Below, piece by piece: positions 24,271 through 36,499 of a stretch of DNA of 64,000 nucleotides (positions within the stretch are counted from its first letter, which is position 1; each line of letters opens with the position of its first letter). The position numbers and the translations under genes were made by a program. Origin of the DNA: Felis catus (taxonomy: Eukaryota). The stretch covers positions 1,488,001 through 1,552,000 of the forward strand of contig NC_058383.1 in assembly GCF_018350175.1 (NCBI RefSeq), in the 5' to 3' direction. The notes under the pieces were generated by a model. That model saw only the letters and a program-made list of their open reading frames with translations. It was not told the origin of the DNA and searched no databases.

Positions 24271-26073
24271 GTGTTGCCCCCTTCTGAGTATATGGGACGG
24301 AGGGTCTCTGGTTCATCACATCCTGTGAATGCTTGTTCTGTCCCTCCTGCCAGAGGCACCCGCCCTTCGCAGCCCACGCCGAGCTCAGGCTCACCCAAAC
24401 CGGTCCAGGCTCCCCGCGGCCTCGGCCCCGAGTCGCCCCGAGACCCACACGTCTCCGTCTTGTCTCGCACTCACTCCAGGCTGCGTGTTCCGCTCCGTCA
24501 GCCTCCCGAGCCTGGCAGGTTGCAGATGCTGGATGAACGAATGGGTCGATGTTTCCCAGCCCGGGCCACCTCAGAAGGCAGGTGGCAGAGCAGATGGCCT
24601 GGGGCTCCTGCAGGGTCTGGCAGAGGAGCCCGGACACCTCACTGGTTCCCCAGGAACGTGGGTGCGGGGCGCATTGTTCCCGAGATCCCTTACAGACAGA
24701 ACATTTTGTCATGCAGCGAGTTGAACTTTCCAGTTCTATTCCTGCCTCCCTCCTCCTCCGTTTCCTGGTCCTAAGGCCTCGTCCCTAGAAGTTGCTTTTA
24801 CTGAAGCAATGACTAAGAGGCCAGAAGGAACCTTCTATGTGCTCTGATGACCCCAGGTGCCCCGCTGGCCCCGGCCCAGCCCTTGGCCTGTCCTGGGTTC
24901 AGCACCGGGGACAGAGCCACAGCCAGCCTCGCTGGGCCTGTGGGCGCGGCGGGAGGCCTGTCGGGGAGACAGGGGTCTGGGGGTCGGGAGAGCGGGAGCC
25001 CAGCCCCCTCTGTAAGGCCCCTCCCCAGGCCTCAGTTGTCTTCCCTGGGGAGTAGGGGTGATACTCTTCCCGGTGAGGCCGGCAGGACCTACCTGTGACT
25101 TGCCCAAGGCCACCGACCTTCCCCTCCTGCGCATCCCGCCCCTCCCCCGGCCTTCCAGCAGCTCCCTCACCAGGCGCCCCTCCCCCACCTCTCCCGGAGC
25201 GGAGTTATTTATCTGCCTGATGGTGACAGGCGGCAGTGACTGGAGTTAGAGCTGCTGTCCAGAGATCAGCTGGCGCGGCAGAGCAAACAGCCCGAGCTAA
25301 TTAGCAAAAGGTCACTCCAGCTGCTGGAGCCCCTGCTTTTGAAGTTGGCCCTCACAAGGCGGGCTGGAAGGAGCCCGGGACTTTGAGTTAGTGGCTTGGT
25401 TACCAGGACAGCTTCAAACCGCTGCGCACTGCTCGTCGCCTGATTGCCCAGCCCACGACTCCGAGGCTTCGCCTAGAGATTCCCGGCGCCGGGGGGTCGG
25501 TCCAGCCACCCACTCGCTGCCCCGGGCTGGACGGATGACAGACTCAGCCCCCATCCGGCATCGGAGGGCTGGCCCTAACCTTCCCGGCCTCCCCCACCTT
25601 GCCGGGGGTGGGGGGGGCACACTGTCCCCAGCAGCGGAAGGGCAAAGCGCAGGGCTGGGTAGTAGCCACCCACATACCCCCACATTCCCTGTGAGTGTGT
25701 TCTTACCGTTTCTCTTTAAGTAAATTCACTTTTAAAAAACTTAAATACATTTATTTAAAAGGGAAATTTTATAGCACTACTACAAATGGAAAACAAGCCT
25801 CCTTTGCCATAAATAGAATTCATAATCATAAAAATAAATTCAGTGGAAACAAAACAATGTTATTAAATTCTAGCTGGATGCTGTAGCCCAGGGGAGGCTC
25901 GGAGCCCAAGGCCTGCTATTGCTTTATTAAAAAGGGAGAAAGGCAAGTGTGCAGCGGTGTTCAAGACTTACCAGCCCCAATCTGAGACCTGCCTTTTGAT
26001 GTAATCAGAAGCACTGAAAAGAATTAAATTGAAAGTAACTTTTTAATAAAAGTATTCAGCATTATTTTTTTGC

Positions 26074-26330
26074 TGTATCAGCGAGGGATTCAGTCTGGCT
26101 ACACAAGACAGAGACCTATCCTCTGATTGAACCCCACCAGGGGGCTCGTTTTTTCTCATGTAAATAGGGTGGTGGTGGGGGTGGTGCAGTGCCCAAGGAA
26201 GACGTCAGTCATCTAGGCTCTATGTAGCCGCCTTCTCTGCCATTCTTAGCTTTTGTCCTCATGGCCTCAAGATGGCGGCAGCACCCCCAGCCATTGTCTG
26301 TGCATCCCAGGCAGGAAAAGGGGTTGTGGT
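26074..26330. mobile_element. Probable old MaLR LTR (MLT1-like) relic
   Basis: TGTATCAG...GGATT start, TTTTCTCATGTAA, TCTCTGCCATTCTTAG and CCTCAAGATGGCGGCAGCA...CCAGCCAT are MLT1-like strings. Confidence 0.5.
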
Positions 26331-29169
26331 GGAGGAAAAGGAATATGGCGGCTAAGTCGGTTCCTTGTTATCGGGGAGATCCTTGTGGGCGCTTGAGCCT
26401 GTGTTCTTGCCCACTGTGTCCCCTGCTGCCTCGTGGATGTTCTCACCAGATGGTTCGCCCGTTTGCCGCATGTTTACTTGGTGCCTACCGTTTCCCAGGC
26501 AGTAGACCCCTGCCCTCGCGGTGTTCGTGAGGTCACATGCTGGCATCTGTGGGGAGAGTCACAACCCTATGCCCGGACACCCTCCTGGGGCCTCCTTCCC
26601 CTGCCTGGGGCCTCCCCCTCCTCCTTGCCCCCACACCTGGCTCTGGCTGCCCGCAGTGAGCCCAGCACAGGGTGGACCCTGCCTTGATCCCCACTTCCCC
26701 TCCCAGAAGACCCAGGCTGCCCTCACCACCTGCGGGGGGTGGGTGGGGGTCCAGGTTCAAGCTGCCTACCTCCAGGCTGCTTGGAAATGGGGGGCAGCCC
26801 TTTCCCTCCCTCGTAGCCCTCTCGGGGGGCCCGGGAGCCCTGTTCTCCGTCTGGCCTCCCAAAGCCCCTCTTTGGCTTTTCTGTCTCCTCAGCTGGTGTG
26901 GGTCTGAATGGGTCTTCTTGTTTCCCCGAGGAACGCGTATCCAAATTAGCAGGAGAGGGGAGGCCTTGGGTGCCTCCTGCCTCTGGCCTCTCTCTGGCTT
27001 GCGGGCCCTGGGGACCCCTTCTCCTGCGGTCCAGGGCTCCTGGCTCATGCCTCCTGTCCCACTGTCCCCGTCCCTGCCACGCAGGCAGGGCTTTCGGCCT
27101 GATCTTCTCGCCTCCTCCCTCAGAGATCTTACTCCTGCCTCTGGGCTCTGAGCCCTCTTTTTGCCACCAAGGCAGCTCCCCACTTGTGCCTCTCCCGCCC
27201 TCCCTCCTTCCCCCCCCCCCCCCCGCACCTGCTGTGTGGGCATCTCTGCGCATGTGTCCCCATGACCCTGGGGGCCCCTGTGTGTGTGTGGTTGTCCTGC
27301 CCTGCCCTCCCCTCCCCTCCACACACTCAGCCCCACCCGGTGAACTGCGAATCCAGCCTGGGAAGTGGGTCGGGGGTGTGCGGGGAGGTACAGCCGTGGG
27401 GTGGGGGTGGTGGGAGAGGAGGGAGCTGCCGGGAGAGTAGGAGCAGGCTGGGAGAAGGTGGCAGGCGTGGGGCCTGGGAGCCGGGAGGACTGTTTTCCGT
27501 ACACCAGCACTAGTGGACCATCTGGTACAAGGACCCCGAGTGACTGCCCAGGGTCTGCAGGTGGACACGGGGTCTGACTCACACTTGCGGAAGCGTCACT
27601 GCTCTCTGATGGAGGGGAGGGTACTTGGGGCCGCCTGCAGGGAGTCTGCCTGGCTCTGCCCGAGCTGCTCCGGGCTGGCCCTCGCCCTGCACACGCGGTG
27701 TCCCCAGCCTGGCTGCTTGGCGCAAGGCCCTGAAATGCCGTGTGCACGTCAGCCGGCGGCTCTTCCAGGATCACCAGCTGATGCTCTGAGACTCCTGGCG
27801 GGGAGGGGAGGGGAGCACTGCTGCAGTCCTACTGTGTGCTCCCTGCAGGGGGGGGGGGTTGCAGGGGAGTTGGGGAGCTCCCGTAAGCCTAGGCTTCGTA
27901 GCTCCCGGGCAGGACTGTGAATGCATGCAGGGCTCAGAGAAGGAGCAGAGGGGCTTCCTGGAGGGGCAGAGAGGAGCCCCCCCCATTCCCCATGTCGCCT
28001 GTTTTCTGGCTGGGGACACCAAGGGCCCTGGACACATGAGTGACACAGCCTCTCCCTGGACAGCAGGGCCTCGTTCTTTCTCGTTCTGAGCATTTCAGCC
28101 CCTGTGAGCCTGGGTTTCAGAGGCTCTGACGGTGGGATGGCCCAGAGCTGTCCAGGGTCCTGACCTCCTGCATAGCGTCAGCCTTCTGGATGCTGCCCTG
28201 TCCTCCTCTCCACACCCGAGGGGGCGCCCTCCCCACCAACAAGGCCAGGTCTGGGTCAGGCAGCCCTGACCCCCCTCTGGTGCCCCCTTCCACATCCAGG
28301 GTCCAACTTGGACACACATGTCCATGAAGATGCCCATCGCTCAGAGACGGCTCCCTTCCCCAGGCCCCGCCAGCCCCTGCTCTGTGCATCCTCGGGGGCG
28401 GCACCTGGTCTCTGCACCTGCCTCTCTTGCCCCCCACCCATCCCCCTTAGTGCTTTCTGAGCCCTCTGCAGCCAAGCTCTGTGTGTTACAGCTGCTGCCA
28501 GTGCAACAGAGACCCGTCTGATACGAGAATTCATCGTGATCTCACCCACCTGTAAGATCCCACAATCACTACAGCTTCCTTATCTCAGAGGGCTCCCACG
28601 GACACAGGGCTTGGGGTCACTGACCCCACCTTCTCTCTCTGCTCTTGGCATCCGAGCTCCTCCTACCTCCGGACACTCCTCTCCTCGGGTGCCCCTAACA
28701 TTCCTGCCCCTCTCCGCACACGGTGTCCACTGCCTTGCCCTGGGGCTAGCTTGTCCTGTGCTCAGCCCTCTGCCCGGTGCAGGCCTTGGGGCCTCTCCCC
28801 TTGTCCCCAACACACGCACCCTAAACTCAGCATGGCCGTGACCACGCTGGCCCATCATGCCTCCACCTTTGCATTCGCCAGGCCGCCTCCCCGCTGTTCC
28901 CGTCACCGTCACGCAGAAAATCACGTTGGTCTGATCTCCCGAGTACCTCCTTTCTCCTTTGAATCTCTTCCTGGAGTATGGCACACAGACAGGAGGGGAC
29001 ACACCCCGGAGGCATCCTCAGCTCAGTGAGTTTTTGTCCAGCGGACACACCCATGTCCTCAGCACCCAGGCCAACCCACAGGGCGTCGCCGGCTCTGCGG
29101 AGGCCCCTCACGTCCCCTTCCAAGTCGCTGCCCCCAGGGGTGACCGCTAGCCTTTGAACCACATTGTTT

Positions 29170-29420
29170 CTGCGCATTTTGGAACTTGGTGCAAACGGTT
29201 CGTGCTCTGCTGTTTGCGATGTTCATCCCCTGGCCGCGTCGTTACGGTTCACTCATCCTTTTTTGCCACACGATAGCTTTCCGTCGTGGGTGTTCCCCTG
29301 GGGATCATCTGTCCGCTTGTCGGTGGGCGTTTGGGTAATGTCCAGTTCGGGGCTCTCGTGACTGGTGCTTCTGGGAACATTCCAGACTTCCCGGGCACAT
29401 TCGTATGCGTGTCACTGGAT
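29170..29420 (-). mobile_element. L1 3' relic, CpG-enriched
   Basis: TGTCGGTGGGCGTTTGGGTAATGTCCAGTTCGGGGCTCTCGTGACTGGTGCTTCTGGGAACATTC aligns by eye to the L1 string TGTTGATGGACATTTGGGTTGTTTCCAGTTTGGGGCTATTATGAATAGTGCTGCTATGAACATTC. Confidence 0.65.
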
Positions 29421-32400
29421 GTAGTCCACGTCTCCTGGCTCCATCCACGTCCCTCCCTCCTCCCCTCCCCCGCCGTCTGGTCCAGAACACTCTGCCGTCT
29501 CTCCTGCCGTGACCGTGGACGCCTCTTCTTGATTTCCCGCATACCCACTGTTGTCCTGCCACAGCCAGGGTGATCGTAGCTCCTCTCTACTAAACCTTCG
29601 GTGGCTCCTTATTGCCCTTCAGGCAAGATCTTGTCTTCGGCAGACACTCTGGGGTAAGATAAAGGCTCCCAGCAGTCCTGCACCCCCTGGGGTCTTGTCA
29701 CCCACCCCCCTGCAGGCTCCAGCTCCCCTGGCCTCCTTGGTCCCTTGTATGCCCCATCTGCCCCCGCTCTGCTCACCAGGTGCCTTTGCATGGTTAAGTC
29801 TCTCTCTTTGTTCAAGTCTCTGCAGAAATGTCGCCTCTCGGGGAGCCCTCCTGAACCCACAGATCAGGTTGAGTCCCCGGCTGACACCCGTACCGGTTGA
29901 GTTTGGTTGTCTGCATCCCTGAGCCCAGCATCTGGCACGTGGCAGGGCCCCAGCTGCTGTTTGTGGCCCTCAAGGGGGCAGGGCAGAGCTGCGGTCCCTG
30001 CCACGTGGGAGAGAGGGCAGGAGTCACAGAGTGGCAGGCTCGAAGTCGCCACGTGGGCCAGCAGAATGCAGGGCCGCTGATGTCACGGAGCCCGTGAGGA
30101 CTTTGCTCTTCCTAGAGCGGCTGACACATCTGCGGAGTCTTGTAGAAAACCAAGGACGTGGCAGGGCCCAAAGGACTCGGCTCTGATTGGTGGGTGACAA
30201 GCACTGTGGTCGGGCAAGGAACGGATCCCTGGGGAGGCCTGTGGCTCCAGCGGCCTCGCCCTGCAGGCCCTGGGCGCCCCTGCCCTGGACCCTGCCCCGT
30301 GTCCCTGGGCTTCTGTTGTCCGGCCCAGGTGACAGTGCCCCAGCAGCACGTTTCACCCCGTCGCGGGTGGACCCCGATCCTTCTCAACCCACCCCACACC
30401 TGCTCTCCTCATCAGGAGGAAGCCCACATCCTCGGACCCTGGCCTGGCCCGGCCCGGCCCGGACAGAGCCCAGGACTCTGCCCGTCACCTCTGTTGGGAC
30501 GAGGAAGGCGGGACCAGGCAGGAGGGCCAGATTCTCCAAGTTGGGCCACGGGCTTCTTCCCCCACCCCCGCTTTTGGTTTCCCCAGAGGCCTTCCAGCTT
30601 ACGTCAGGTCCAGGCGGCGGGAGGTCTGTCCAGCTTCCTGCAGGGGCACCAGGCCCAGTCCCCAGCCTGCCTCGGCCCCGGGCCGGGCTGGGCAGAGAGC
30701 TCCCTAGGGGCCGGAGCGTTCGGGTTTATGGCGGGAAGGAGCCGGCAGCCGAGTGCCGCAGCCCAGCCCTACCCGGGGTGGGGGCAGGTGGTAGACCAGA
30801 TGGCCCTTTGTCCCAGCATCGTGGGGGGGGGGGGGGCTCCGCAGCCTGGGGCTGTGGTCCCGAGGCCTGTAAAGGCCCCTTCCTGCTCCAGGGTCTTGTG
30901 GGCCCTTGAGACCACGTCTCCCTTCCCAGCCGGATCCCCTCCTCTCCCGAGCCTCCCTCCCCGTGGGTCTCTCTTCCACAGGATAGGCTGCTTGGGTCCT
31001 GTTTTGTCATGTGCTGTGACGGTTGATTCATTGCCATAGCAAGTGGGGCCACGACCAGATTCCGAGCGTCGATCCAGTCGGAGCCTCGCTTCCTCCAGTG
31101 GCCCGGAGGCTGCCCCCAGCCGCTCTCCTGGGTCGAGGCGCCAGCCTGCCCTCCGTTTCCTCTTCTACCGAACGAAGTCCAGCGTGCGATTAGCTGCTCC
31201 TTCCTGTGTCTGACCGCATTTAAATAAGCGTGCGTCGGCACCTTTAAAACCAGACTTCTGGTAGCAGAAAGCTGGCCCGAGTGCACCTGAGCCCCAGGCC
31301 CACGGGCGAGGAAGCGGAAACGCGGATTTAGCGACTTGACCAGGGCCGGCACTGGGCAGATGGCATCTCTGTCTGTGTAGCCCAAGCCCTCGGCCCCTGT
31401 GCCCCGGCGCCCCCCTGGGCAGTGGAGGGGCAGGAGGGAAGAAGCCCCAGGGCAGTCATCAGCCCCCTCCCGCCCCTCACCCCGGCTAAGGCACAGCCCC
31501 AGGGCCTCAGGGTGGGTACGAGGGAGCCTTTTGGAGACGGGTCAGGAGAACAAGGTCCTCGCCCTGGTTGTACCGCGACCCTGCTGTGTGACCAGGCGGG
31601 GGGGGGGGGGACGTTCCTTTCCTTCTCTGGGCCCGAGCGCAAGCCCTCACAAGGTCGAGGCCAAAGCTGGGAGGTTCTGTTGACGTGGCTCCTCAGGCCC
31701 CTTGCTGGACAGCCACCGTGTGCCCCCGCCTTGCCCTGGCAGGGGGCCGGCACACAGGGGTCCACCCGATGAGGAGGGGGCAGAGCACCAGGCCACCAGT
31801 CAGCGTGCAGGGCACCACGTCGCGTCGGCCAAGTTCAGTCCGTCGAACCTTGCCTCCGTGCGTGGTCAAAGCCAGGCGGGGCCCAGGGCAGAAGAGGGCA
31901 CTCGGAGGGGGCACTTCCCCCCGACACTGCAGGTCAGTATTGGAGCTCGGACGACCAGGAGGGGTGAAGCGTGTGACGCAGGGAAGTCCTAGGTCAGAGA
32001 TGAGAAGCCCGGTCTCCCCTCCGTCCTAGATTCCCCTGGGATCCTGAGGCCATTCCTTACCCGCTCTGGTCCTCAGTGCTCCCATCTGTGCAAGGAGAGC
32101 CCCCGCAGGACTCAGCAGGGGCCCTGGGCCCGCAGCTCCAGGGGCTGGTGCCTCTCACCCTCCGCTCAGTGGCTGTGACCCTCAGCCCTGGGGATCGGCC
32201 CGGCTGGTGGGGGCCCGAGTGGCCTGGGCCTGGTCCTCAGGACCAAAGAAAACAAAGCCGGAACCAGAACGGGGTCCCAGCCAGGGAAGAGGGCACTTTA
32301 AACGAAAGCAGATGCCTGGCCCCGGCCCTAAACCTGAACCAGGGGTAGAGTTGGGTTGTGGAAGTTTCTGTTTTGTGAAAGCTCACGGGTGAATCTGACA

Positions 32401-32929
32401 GCTCTCCCGGTTTTGGGGAACCCCTTGCCAGGGGCGGTGCCCTCTCCGACACCCTGCCTCTCCTTGCACACCTCTGGCGACGGGGAGCTCAGTCATACAC
32501 AGCAGCCCGCTCCTTCCAAAACATGGAAAAATCCATTCTAAAGTATTTAAGATGTCTCAAATATTTAAGAAATCCTGATAAATATTTCACTAATTATAAA
32601 ATATTTAATACAGCTAAAGGTGCGAAGAATAACACCATGAATACCTGAACGCCGCCCCTCCTGGCTTCATATTAATCCCCACGCGCTGCCGGTGGCGCAG
32701 GGAAGCGCTGGAGGGAGCGAGGAGGCCTGTGTCCAAGTGCCCCGAAGCCCCCCGCGTGCCCTTCTCCGACCCTCTCCGCCCTCTTTCTTCCTCCACTTCT
32801 CACCGTGGTAAAACACACACCACGCGACACTCGCCACCTTCCCCCCTTCCCCGTTTGTAAGGGGGCGGCTCAGTGGCGTTAGGTACACGGTTTCCCGCAG
32901 CCCCCCCCCCCCCCCCCAGCATCTCCGGG

Positions 32930-34620
32930 CCGGCTGCGCCCGGCACCCCCGCCTCGTGAGGCAGTGGGGCCTTTGCGGAAGTTGGCGATGGTGATTCTCA
33001 CACCAGCTTTTACGCCTCCCTCCACTGGCGGAGCCCCCCTGCGAACCCGCTGTCTGGCGCCGTTTAGCGCTTCTGCGACGCGGCTGGCGCGCCAGGGGTT
33101 CGGAAGGCTCACCCGGGGTCTCGGTGGCGCACCTGTGGGGGCATCGTGCCGAGTGCGCGGTTCACGGCTCGCCCCCCTTCGCCGCCAGCCAGCGCTCCGC
33201 TGTTCGCATACCGTGCCGCACTCTGATCCGTGCACCCGTGGACGCCTCTCACGGCCGCGCCACGTACGCGCCCGGCACGGGCATTCGGCTCCCGTGCTCC
33301 GTGCGCCTCTGCCTTCCAGCAAGGCCGCGTGGTTTACGTCGGGAGGGTGAGCGTCCACCCGCAGGGCCTGGGGGCGCCTGCTGTGCGGGTACAGGTGCAC
33401 CGAGGCCCTGCCCCTCGCAGACGCCGCCTCTCCCTCTCGCCTTTCCTCGGACACCTGCCTTTGCATCGTCCCCTCGCAGCCGGCTCCCTCGCCTCGCCCA
33501 CGCGGACCTGTTGGCCGCCTGATGTGTGGCGACGCACGGGGGCCCCGGGGCCGAACTGCCTGGGTTTGAATCCCGCCCCGTCGAGCAGCTGTGGAGACTC
33601 AGCCAAGTTCATGACTCCTAGTAGGTGCTCTCGGACTGTGAGCTCTGCTTGTCTTCCTTAAAGTCTGAAACCTCTCTGAATACAGGCTGAGCGGTGCTGC
33701 ATAGAGATGGTCACCTCCCCTATTCTACCTGCTAGATCTCTGTTAAGTCAGCCACGGTTACCTTCTTAGGTGGCCGCATCTATTGGCTCAACCTGCGTTT
33801 GCCTCATTCTCTTCCCTGGAGGTGGCGTGGAGCCACGCTTCTCTGCTGACCCCTTCCTGGCGCGTTTTTGTCCTGTGTGCTCTGTCAAGGTGGAGATGTG
33901 ACCTGTTATTCCAGCTGGAGGGAATGCCGGGCTCCTGGTCCTGGCCTCCAGCATGTGTCCCCTTCCTGCAGACTCCCGGAGGCCGGTGGGCGGTACGGCG
34001 CGGGTGACAGACGGACAGACGGCCCGCAGACAGACGGAGGCTCAGAGCCCGGGGCGAGGCGGCAGGCGGTGTGGGGGAGGAGGCGGCGTGAGCCCCAGCA
34101 GCTCCGCTCTCTCTTTGATGCGCCCGGTGCTGGAGGGTAGACCCGCGGAGGGGAGCGCGTCCTCACACCTCGCTTGGGTGGCTTCCAGCGGTGTCACTTA
34201 CGCGGAGGATCGAGTGACCTCCAGCTGCTCCGGTGGCGGGACTCCTGCCCGCGGTGAGGCGGTAATTAGACGCTCATGTGCGAGGCTGCTGTGTGCGCGT
34301 GAAGTGCGGCGGGGGCGGGGGGAGGCCGCGGCCGAGGGTCGCACTCCGGGGACACCCCTCCCCCGCAGGTGTCAGGCCGCAAGCTGCTGTCCTGCCAGCC
34401 CCCCCCCCCCGCCCATGATGCTTCCAGTTTTTTCTCACCTTGGCCCTTCGAAGCCCCCCCCGAGGAGCTCTATTTATAACCGCGGCATACGGACCACGCT
34501 GGATCTCCCAGCTCAGACATAAGCGGGAAGCGCGGCACAGCCAAACGCAGCCCCAGCCCCCCGCCCCCTCCACACACAGGGGAAGGCCCGCCCGGAGCTG
34601 TCCCCGGGCCCACGTGGGGG
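32930..34620. promoter_or_regulatory. CpG-island-like intronic region (two CpG-dense blocks, about 32930-33560 and 33950-34620)
   Basis: Visibly dense CG dinucleotides and very high GC. The second block contains TAATTA (34263) and the MEF2-type CTATTTATAA (34470-34479). Confidence 0.55.
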
Positions 34621-36499
34621 GCCCCAGCACCCCCGGATCTCAGGGACTTGGGGTGCGGCTGCCGTCTGAGGGGACCTACAGTCACTTCTAGCCCCAGGGC
34701 TGCCCAGGGAGGGTCCCCGAGCGCCTCCAGAATACAGACCAGTGGGGGGGATGGCATCGAGGGGAACCGAGCCTCTGCTCCCCACCGAGAAACGGGGGCC
34801 GGCCGCCAGAGCAGACTGGGACGGACCACGAGCCCGGCCACACCTGTGCGTGGCGATGGGCCCTCAGGCCGGCCACGGAGCCCCATCCTCAGGGGACACG
34901 GGACATTCTTAGAGCACATCCGTGTCCCTCCCGGGCTGGCTCCCCAGCTCCTGACGGGTCTTCCTTTCCTTCCGTCATGCCGTCTGGCTGGGGCTCCGGC
35001 CGTGCCCAGGAATACTCATTCTCAACCCCTTGGACTTGGGAGCGCCCAGGACGGGCCTTCCCTCCATGCTGTTTGTAGGGGAGGGAGATGAGAGGGGTCT
35101 GGCTGGGTCCTGCCCACCCACAGCTGTCTGGAGGGCGCCCCACCCCTTGCAGTCTCGGTTTGGGGTCAGAAAACCAGAGGGAAGTGGGGACAGACCCACG
35201 CCCCGGTGTCCTGCCCCCAGGCTGCCCTCCCAGCGGCCTCCACCTTCTGTCCCCCCAGCCCCATGTTGGGGGACAGGCTCCGGTCTGGTCTCTGGCAGAG
35301 CATCTGGGTAACAGCAGAGCCAGCCCCTTCCAGATCAATCCCGTTCCTCGTCTTGCAGCTATAATTAATGTGTGCTGTGTCATTAGATTGATTTTTTATG
35401 GACTCTGAGAGCTGGCGGGGGGAGTGGAGGGGCAGCTGGGGGCTGGCTGCGGCCCACGCCCCCTGGGAACGGTGCCACCCCAACGCTCAGGCTCCCGGGG
35501 CCTGGCTGCACTGCCTGGACTTTGCGCAAACCCTGCCCCGTCCGTCTGTCCCCAGATCCTGGAGACGGCCGGAGCCCCACAGGGCCCCCGCGGAGCACAG
35601 AGCAGTGCACACGGGACGCGTTTCTCGTGTGCGGATCCCTCGGTGAACCAGGAGGTCACTTGATTGTTGCCACTTCCCAGAGGAGAGAAGACGTAGGCTG
35701 AGAAAGTCTAAGTGATTTGGTGGCGGAAGGGTCACGCCCCACACATCCCGCCTCTGGTGAGGGGTCCCGCCCAGCCAGCATGCTCGCAAACACCCCGGAT
35801 TCTGAGGGCGAGGAGCTGCCTGTGATAGGCGGGGCAGGCGAGGCTCGGGGGGGGGGGGGACGCGGGGCTCACCCGACCCCTGACATCAGGTTGTTACCCA
35901 TGGCGATGTAACGAGCCACACTGACCTCGTGGCTTTGTGGGGCAGGCATCCAGGGAGGGCTGGGCTGGGTGGCTTGTCTTCATGCCCCCGCTGGGGGCTC
36001 TTTCTAGAAGCCACCCCGAGACCCTCCCACACACCTCAGGCTTCTGCAGCAGGCGGTGTCAGGGAAGCGGCTTCTTATCGGTGGCGGCTGCATCCGAGAC
36101 TAGGTCCAGACTGCCCGCAAGGGTGCCCTCACGATCCTAATGTCGTCCTTGGGCGCTGGGGTCTCCCAGAGGCCCACGTGGAATTCACCAACTCTGATGC
36201 CTGCCAGGCTGGTGTAAGCTTTGCCAGCAGAGACTTCTCTGGGCCAACCGCGGATCAGGAGAATCTAGAACGCACAGAAGATGAACCAGGGGTGACATTC
36301 ACTTGAGAAAACGACCATTCACTTGACAACGTCGTTCGCGGTATTTGCCTGCACGGCTTCCGGGAGCCCCTCTGCCACGGAGGGGCCCTGAGCTCATGGA
36401 CCCGGGAGGTCCCCCATCAAAGGCATCTCTTGACTGAGCCGGCTGCCACCGTCTGCAGGAGATCTCCCCCGGCAGAAGCGACAACGGCCCCGAACCCCA

